This document shows positions 57,569-64,000 of a stretch of DNA of 64,000 nt, piece by piece (within the stretch, counting starts at the first letter, position 1; each line of letters starts with the position of its first letter). A program made the translations under genes and the position numbers. Source of the stretch: Candidatus Latescibacterota bacterium (GTDB lineage: Bacteria > Latescibacterota > UBA2968 > UBA8231); contig CBDFJF010000002.1 in NCBI GenBank assembly GCA_965248265.1, positions 2,752,001 through 2,816,000 of the forward strand. The letters run 5' to 3'. Below the pieces are notes generated by a model. That model did no database searches, had not been told where the DNA came from, and saw only the letters and a list, made by a program, of their open reading frames with translations.

Positions 57569-58732
57569 ATGGGAAGGCGCTCGAGCGAAGTGTTGGATCT
57601 TCAGTGGTTTCGCACCCATCTGCTGGAGGGCATTCTGCCGTATTGGCTGCGGCATGCGGTCACGCAGACAGGGTATCTGCACCCTCACCTTGACCAGAGG
57701 TGGCAACCCACCGGGAAGAGATATGCCAGCCTGGTCTCCCAAACGAGGCTGATCTACAACTTCTGTGTGGGCTATGAGTTGACCCGGGACCCGGCCTACC
57801 GACAGGCCCTGGAGGCTGGCACGCACTTCCTGGTCGAGCATTTCTGGGACCCCAGGCACGGTGGCTGGTTCAGCGCCTGCAACCCCGATGGCAGTATCCT
57901 GCGAGAGCAAAAGGATTGCTACGGGCATGCCTTCGCGATCTTCGCGCTGGCCCACGTGGCCGGCATCACGGATGAGACGGCATGGCGGGAAGCGGCGACC
58001 AGGACTTGGGAACTCCTCCAGACACACTTTCAGGATGACTATGGCGGATTTGCACTAAGTATGACGCGGGATTTCCAAGCGAACAGTCAAACCAAGTCGC
58101 AGAATCCCGTCATGCACCTGTTCGAGGCACTCCTGGCGCTGGGAGACCTGGAGGGTATGGAAAGCATCCATCAGGACGCCCTTCGCGTGAGCGATTTCGT
58201 GGTGAAACAGCTGTGCCGGCCATCCGATCGTCGGCTTCCTGAAATCTATACTCTTGCCTGGGAGGAGTTGCCCGAAGAGGAAGACGGGAGGTTGGATCTG
58301 GGTCACGCTTTCGAATGGGCGTACCTGCTCTCGTCGGCCGTCGAGCGAGGATTTCCCGAGGCTTATCTGACGCAGGCGGATGCCTTCCTGGACTACGGGC
58401 TACAACTGGCCTACGATCCAGCAGATGGCGGCATCCGGTCGCCCGCTTCCCCGGACGGGCAGAGGGTCTGCTCGACCAAGGGGTGGTGGGAGCAGTGTGA
58501 AGCTATTCGAGCGTTGATGCACTTCGCCATCCTTCGAGGAAGGCGAGAGTTCCTGGAACCGCTGCAGCATGTCGTGGATTTCGCCAAGCACACCTATGTG
58601 GATCCCAACCATGGGGGTTGGTACAGCAGCCCCAGTTCGCGGTACAAAGGCAGCGAATGGAAGGTGGATTACCATGTGGTAGGCATGTGCCGGGAAGCCA
58701 TTCGTCTGCTGAAACAGGCAGCCGATGACTAG
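57569..58732 (+). CDS. AGE-family epimerase (N-acylglucosamine/cellobiose 2-epimerase-like)
   Basis: QTR, QNPVMHLFEA, GHAFEW, WWEQCE, DYH. Confidence 0.9.
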   Translation: MGRRSSEVLDLQWFRTHLLEGILPYWLRHAVTQTGYLHPHLDQRWQPTGKRYASLVSQTRLIYNFCVGYELTRDPAYRQALEAGTHFLVEHFWDPRHGGWFSACNPDGSILREQKDCYGHAFAIFALAHVAGITDETAWREAATRTWELLQTHFQDDYGGFALSMTRDFQANSQTKSQNPVMHLFEALLALGDLEGMESIHQDALRVSDFVVKQLCRPSDRRLPEIYTLAWEELPEEEDGRLDLGHAFEWAYLLSSAVERGFPEAYLTQADAFLDYGLQLAYDPADGGIRSPASPDGQRVCSTKGWWEQCEAIRALMHFAILRGRREFLEPLQHVVDFAKHTYVDPNHGGWYSSPSSRYKGSEWKVDYHVVGMCREAIRLLKQAADD

Positions 58733-58819
58733 TGGACAAATAAGAACGGTGTGCGATGAAGCTGGATAACGACTCGTGGTGCGAGGCGCTCAGCGAGTTC
58801 CTGGACTGGGAAGATTGAG

Positions 58820-60979
58820 ATGGGGACTGAAGACAGGACGCACTATCAAGAGACAGCTTTCAACATGGGACGTGGTGCGGCCAACCTGACGTCACTGCCC
58901 CCGTATGATCTGCGCAATGTGGAGATGAGGGTGTTTCCCATGCGAGCCAACATGGACAGCCTCCAGCGCATGGTTGACAGGTACGTGAATCTCATGCCGC
59001 CAGAAATCGCCGAGTTTCGTCCGTCGCTGCCGTACGTGCTGCTCGAGTTGGTGCACTACGGAAGGATGGCGACGAACCGGAGTGATGTCGGATGGCTGAG
59101 CCAGAGCGAAGTCGTCTTCGAGATCCCACTCGACTGGTACGTCAAGGAAGTGGACGGTAGCTACACCCACAAGGGAACGGCCTCGGTATCGCCCTTCATA
59201 TTCGTCGACCAGCCCGCCTCGCAGGCGACGGGGCGTGAGGTTTTCGGCTGGCCAAAGGTCGAAGGCTGGCCAACGTCTGGACACACTCTCGGATCGCCCA
59301 GTGATCCCAGTCGTACCCTCGTGGAGATCGAAACCAAGCTATTCCCGCATGTGCACGAGGGCGTTCCCCAGAAGGAGCTCATCCTCCGTCTGGATCGACA
59401 GAAACCACCGAAGATCTCGACGGTACCGCCAACGATGGATCAACTGCCGTCGACGGCGCTCGGACGTGGGTTCGAGGCCTGGCCGCGGTTGATGCAGCTC
59501 ATGGTTGATTCAGTGGCACAGTTCTACAGCGACCCCGAGGCCACAGTGACTCGGTTCGCAGCCATGCTGCAAGGGCTGGCCCGGCTGCGGCCCCCATCTG
59601 CCAACCTCATCAACCTGAAGCAATTCCGCGACGCACAGTATTCAACATCGATCTGCTACCAGGCGATCGTCAACTCAGAGATAAGGTTCACGAAATTCCA
59701 TGCGGGCGGTATGCTGGGTGACGAGAGTTTGCTTGGCGGCGACCCGAGCGGAGGGTACACGGTCTTCCTGAAGGACCACGAGACCCTTCCGATCCTCAAG
59801 GATTTAGGTGTCGAAGGGAACGCCGTTCCATACCACGACTCCGCCGTTGCTGTCAGGCCGGATTTCCCGTTCTGGATGGATGCCGATATGTGCTACGGAT
59901 TCGGCCAGAACATCTGCTGGCGAACCCGCAATTTGAAAGGCTGGTTCCGTTGGTCGACCAAGGGGGACACCGAGACGGTAGAATTGGTGCCCGGCAAGAA
60001 GAGTCCCGCCGCACAGGGGCATGCTTATGATACGGCGCGCGGGCCGGCGATCATCTCGCTGCCTGGTCCCTGGAAGTTCCCGAAAGCAACGTTGCGGGTG
60101 TTGCCGTTGCCTGTGCGCGATCCAGAGGCGCTGACATCATTCTGTGCGTCGTACCTGCAGAACAACATGACGTACCTGTTTGGGGTGCCGAAGAACGCGA
60201 TGGTGTACCTGCTTGTCTGGAGTTACACCGGGGTCCTGACGGACAACGTCGACGTGGGGTTCTGGGCAAGTCGCCGTGTGCATTTTTCCATTCCTATCGA
60301 CATCGAGGGCCATTTCGATCCCCTTAAATATCCTACCGGTCTATTGTCTCCGTTCGCTTTTTCTGATTCCGACATCGGGACGACGACGGCCCGCGAACTC
60401 TACGGATGGCCCACCGAGTTGAGCCAGATTCATTCACCGCAAGACAACTGGATGGACGACTGCGGCCCCGACGTATCACGGCCCCAGATACTCCTTGAAC
60501 TCAATGCCTCCGCGTTGCAATCGGTGACCGACGACGATCAGATGAAAATCCGGCCCCTCATGAAGATCGTACAGAATCCGCCAAACTTCACGGAGCCCGG
60601 ACCGGCGCCCTCCATGAATAAGATCTGGACGCAACTACAGGGCTACCTGCAGTCCGAGTATTCACTCAAACAATTCAGGGATGCTGAATCGCCCGAAGAA
60701 GCCTGCTACCAGGCAGTGGTCAAGACGACACAGCAGGTGCTGGACACGACGGTACAGATCGAACCGATGGAAAGACTGCAAGTGAGGTTGAAGCGTTATG
60801 CCAGCCAGCCGATCGCTACCACGCTGGGGCTGGTCAAGCAAGGCGCAAAAACCGATGCGAATGGAGTTGACGTCCTGACGCCGGTGCATCCGTTCTGGGC
60901 TCAGTTAGACTTTCAAGTGGGCCCCGCCCAGAATCTATGGACGGCAGCTATCGGGCCGACGAGCGCCACTACGGGTTGA
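58820..60979 (+). CDS. Protein with two acetoacetate-decarboxylase-like domains
   Basis: Internal duplication: GREVFGWPK/ARELYGWP, LKQFRDA...CYQA twice. Confidence 0.6.
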   Translation: MGTEDRTHYQETAFNMGRGAANLTSLPPYDLRNVEMRVFPMRANMDSLQRMVDRYVNLMPPEIAEFRPSLPYVLLELVHYGRMATNRSDVGWLSQSEVVFEIPLDWYVKEVDGSYTHKGTASVSPFIFVDQPASQATGREVFGWPKVEGWPTSGHTLGSPSDPSRTLVEIETKLFPHVHEGVPQKELILRLDRQKPPKISTVPPTMDQLPSTALGRGFEAWPRLMQLMVDSVAQFYSDPEATVTRFAAMLQGLARLRPPSANLINLKQFRDAQYSTSICYQAIVNSEIRFTKFHAGGMLGDESLLGGDPSGGYTVFLKDHETLPILKDLGVEGNAVPYHDSAVAVRPDFPFWMDADMCYGFGQNICWRTRNLKGWFRWSTKGDTETVELVPGKKSPAAQGHAYDTARGPAIISLPGPWKFPKATLRVLPLPVRDPEALTSFCASYLQNNMTYLFGVPKNAMVYLLVWSYTGVLTDNVDVGFWASRRVHFSIPIDIEGHFDPLKYPTGLLSPFAFSDSDIGTTTARELYGWPTELSQIHSPQDNWMDDCGPDVSRPQILLELNASALQSVTDDDQMKIRPLMKIVQNPPNFTEPGPAPSMNKIWTQLQGYLQSEYSLKQFRDAESPEEACYQAVVKTTQQVLDTTVQIEPMERLQVRLKRYASQPIATTLGLVKQGAKTDANGVDVLTPVHPFWAQLDFQVGPAQNLWTAAIGPTSATTG

Positions 60980-60994
60980 TGGGTAATAGACACG

Positions 60995-61921
60995 TCAGGT
61001 TCTGCGCGCGAGCAGTGCGGCGGCGTTGAAGACGATCCGCGCCGCCGTCAGGGCAGCGTTTCCGTCCAGGTCCTTCTCGGGCGCGAATTCCACCAGGTTG
61101 AAGCCACAGAATTTCGCCTTGGCCGCCATACCGTGCAGGAGCTCGACGACATTCCAGTAGGTGAGCCCGCCAGGGGTCGGGGCCAATACGGCCGGCATGA
61201 TACTCGAATCGAGGGAGTCGCAATCGAAAGCCACGTATACCTGGCTGTCAGCACGGATCAGATCGACCACTTGCTCGATTCCGTAGCGGTGAATCTGCTG
61301 CGCAGTGACGATGCGGACTCCCCAGTCCAGGGCCTCCTGATAATCCGCTCTCCTGGCACTCCCAACCGAGCGCATGCCGACCTGGATGATGTGCTCGACC
61401 CAGGGCATCTCGGAGGCGCGGCGCATGTTGCTGCTCAGACCGCAGCGCTCGCCGTCCACTTCGTCGCGCCAGTCGATGTGGGCGTCGATCTGCAGAATGG
61501 TCACTGGTCCCCGGCCCTCGTAGGCCTGCAGGACCGGAATAGGTACGGAGTCGTCGCCGCCGAGTACGACCGGGGCGGCGCCTTTATCCAGAATTTGTTT
61601 CACGGCTCTGGTTATGGCGGCTCGGTTGCCGGCTAAGTCGCTGGCGCTCGTGGGCAGGTCTCCGGCATCCACGACAGGTCCGTATTCATCCTCTGAAAGC
61701 GAACCGTCGATTTCGAAGTCGTGATGGGTGAGTTGACCGCTGTAGACGGAGATCGCCTGGCGAATGGCTGCAGGCGATCCGGACGAATAGAGACCCGGAC
61801 CGGGGTAGGGGGTGGCTATTGGAACGCCCAGGATAGCGGATGCAGCTTCCAGTTGAGACAGGTCACGGCAGTAGGGAAGGCCGAGAAAAGTGGCCGGGTC
61901 ATGGGTGTGTACTTGTGACAT
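60995..61921 (-). CDS. Ureohydrolase (agmatinase/arginase family)
   Basis: GGDDS, DAHID, DCDSLD, PGG, VEF. Confidence 0.88.
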   Translation of the reverse strand: MSQVHTHDPATFLGLPYCRDLSQLEAASAILGVPIATPYPGPGLYSSGSPAAIRQAISVYSGQLTHHDFEIDGSLSEDEYGPVVDAGDLPTSASDLAGNRAAITRAVKQILDKGAAPVVLGGDDSVPIPVLQAYEGRGPVTILQIDAHIDWRDEVDGERCGLSSNMRRASEMPWVEHIIQVGMRSVGSARRADYQEALDWGVRIVTAQQIHRYGIEQVVDLIRADSQVYVAFDCDSLDSSIMPAVLAPTPGGLTYWNVVELLHGMAAKAKFCGFNLVEFAPEKDLDGNAALTAARIVFNAAALLARRT

Positions 61922-61997
61922 GTCGGTTGTCTCCTCGTTACACGGCGTGTAAAAGACCAATTGGCTGGCCCCAAAATCGATTCTGGTGACAGGTGAG

Positions 61998-62716
61998 ATG
62001 AAGCGACTGCTTGGATTGTCGCTCCCCATGATGTTGATTGCCGTTGCCCTTGTTGGGTGTAGCAGCGGGGCCAAGGTCTGGACGCAGAAATACGACGATA
62101 TGACGGTGAAGGAAGAGTATCAGTACTACCACCAGTCCGAGACAGACAGGCGAGTGAAAAATGGATGGTATAACTCATACCATCCCAATGGTGCGTATCA
62201 TGAGGTGGGCATCTACAAAGAGGACAAGCGGGATGACAGATGGACTGCATACTTCCCCAATGGGAAGATAATGAGCGAAGAGAACTACCGTGATGGAAGA
62301 GAGCTGTCACCCAATGGTGTGGACCGGTTCTACAATCTCGTTCGCAGCGGCTTCTATAATGAACAGCGTTTCTTCCGCGTTATACCCGGGTTTGTGGTCC
62401 AGTGGGGGATGCACGGTGATCCACATGTCGGGGCGAAGGCAACAAACAGGGTACGATCACCTACGCGCAGACGAACAGGCCCAACTCCCGCACGACCCAG
62501 TTGTTTATCAATCTGGGTGACAACAGCAGCAACCTCGACGGACAGGGCTTCGCCCCATTCGGGACTATTATCGCAGGCATGACGACGGTTGAAGCCATCA
62601 ACTCTGAGTATCAGGAGAAACCAAATCAGCAGTATATCGGGGAAGGCGGAAACACGTACCTGAGAAAGGCCTTCCCCGGCCTCGACTACATCAAGACGGC
62701 TTATATCGTGGAGTGA
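61998..62716 (+). pseudogene. Chimera: MORN-like repeat lipoprotein N-terminus joined to a deleted cyclophilin-type PPIase
   Basis: LVGC, YHPNG/YFPNG repeats, then PNGVDRFYNLV, FFRVIPGFVVQWG; frameshift; TQLFINL, FAPFG. Confidence 0.7.
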
Positions 62717-62733
62717 GTCGTGCCGTTACGGGC

Positions 62734-64000
62734 CTATCGCCCGTGTTCTTCGACTGCTGCCTCGACCTGCCTGCTGATCTCGTTCCTGTCATATTCGGCC
62801 TGCGCTCGTGCCACATCCTCGGCACTTGGCCGAACGTCGGGCCATCCTTCTTCGTTGGCGACCCGCCAGGCCAGGCGAGCTCCCAGGAAGGCCGCTTCCT
62901 GCATGTCGCGGGCCTGCAGCTTGTCCACCGTGTCAGCCGCGGTGTGGTAGTAGGCCGTGATGACGCTCTCCGTACCCGGATCTCGAATGAACCCGCAGGG
63001 CACTCCCTGGGCCATGAAAGGGTAGTGGTCGGCGAACAGATGATCAGGCTCCTCCAAATGGGATTCCGCGACACCGATGGGTACATCGTCCGTCAGGGAC
63101 GTTGACAGCGATTCGAAATAGTCGGACGTGTCCGGGCCGAACAATGCCATACCCTTGGGACCGGGACCGCCGGCTGCATCCAGGTTGAACATGAACCGTG
63201 TACGGGCGATATCCTCGGGGTGGGTGTCGACGTATGCGTGCGCCCCGATCAGCCCGAGCTCTTCGACCCCGAAGAGGATGAAGCGCACCCGGCGCTTGAG
63301 CTGGTCGGCACGCAGCCCAAACACCCGCGCGATCTCGAGTGTGGCGACCAGCCCCGACTTGGGATCCTGGGCCCCCTGTGAAATATCATGGCCGTCATAG
63401 TGATTGCCGATGACGACCATCTCGCCATCGGACTCGGTATCACCGCTAACGTCACCGATAATATTCCATGATGTTTTTCTCTCCTGAGTGTCCGTGCTTT
63501 CGATCTCGGCCTGGATCGAGCCATGCCGTTGAATCAGCCGCTGCAACAGCAGGCCGGTCTCTTTCGACACCATGATGGCTGGAATCTGGCCCCAGCGGTT
63601 GAAGCCCACGGCGCCGGTGAAGGGGCCAAGTCCCTCGGTGTGTCCGGTCCAGATGAATGCCGCCCCTTGTGCCAGCACGGTGCGGTTGTACTTCTCGGTA
63701 CGGTGAATCCAGCGATCGGCGTTCGGTGGATTGGTGCCGGCTACGAGGACAATGTTGCCTTCCAGCTCTGCCGCCCTGGTGTCAAAGTCCTCTGGAGCTC
63801 CATGGCCCAGATCGATGACACACCCACTCACCAGTCCGGGAGCCGCCATCGGCATCGACAAACACTCCAGATCCCGTCTCCTCGGTGCCGTCATCGTGAA
63901 CCGGGCGCTGCCCCTGTTCCAGCCGTTGTACTCAAACGCCTCGCCGTGGACGTTATCGAGACCGTAGTCGCGTAGTTTGCCTTCCAGAAAGCGAGCGGCT
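62734..64000 (-). CDS. M28 family peptidase with PA domain (runs off window end)
   Basis: GNHYD, GAQD, EELGL.G, NLD, ADHYPF, YHT.ADT. Confidence 0.88.
   Translation of the reverse strand, partial: AARFLEGKLRDYGLDNVHGEAFEYNGWNRGSARFTMTAPRRRDLECLSMPMAAPGLVSGCVIDLGHGAPEDFDTRAAELEGNIVLVAGTNPPNADRWIHRTEKYNRTVLAQGAAFIWTGHTEGLGPFTGAVGFNRWGQIPAIMVSKETGLLLQRLIQRHGSIQAEIESTDTQERKTSWNIIGDVSGDTESDGEMVVIGNHYDGHDISQGAQDPKSGLVATLEIARVFGLRADQLKRRVRFILFGVEELGLIGAHAYVDTHPEDIARTRFMFNLDAAGGPGPKGMALFGPDTSDYFESLSTSLTDDVPIGVAESHLEEPDHLFADHYPFMAQGVPCGFIRDPGTESVITAYYHTAADTVDKLQARDMQEAAFLGARLAWRVANEEGWPDVRPSAEDVARAQAEYDRNEISRQVEAAVEEHGR

Noticed and set aside
56312-58732. Sialidase plus AGE epimerase as a nan (sialic acid) operon
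   Set aside because: Genes are divergent with no lyase, kinase or transporter, and both families are broad

Overview
GC-rich bacterial accessory region. FlgD/'QNYPNPFN' C-terminal domains, many PhyH dioxygenases, Gfo/Idh/MocA oxidoreductases, enolase-superfamily enzymes and glycoside-hydrolase-like proteins suggest an FCB-type uncultured lineage such as Latescibacterota (inference). No rRNA, tRNA or CRISPR array was seen. The window is a patchwork of intact, truncated and chimeric catabolic genes. Between about 5.3 and 50 kb it is punctuated by about 13 co-oriented copies of the oriIS end of IS91/ISCR-type rolling-circle elements, in about five sequence variants. Only one copy (48220-49939) retains a near-complete transposase, so the region looks like a Helitron-like gene-capture array. 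An intact IS110 (34743-36280) has CT cores and a predicted perfect TTGACA-17-TATAAT circle-junction promoter. Its left end has readable bridge-RNA guides: the donor loop matches its own junction and the target loop approximately matches the oriIS terminus. Four IS110 insertions or ends in the window abut oriIS-type sequence, suggesting an RNA-guided element programmed to parasitise rolling-circle transposon ends. An IS481 nested in an IS91 remnant and a higBA-type toxin-antitoxin pair are also present. All alignments were made by eye.
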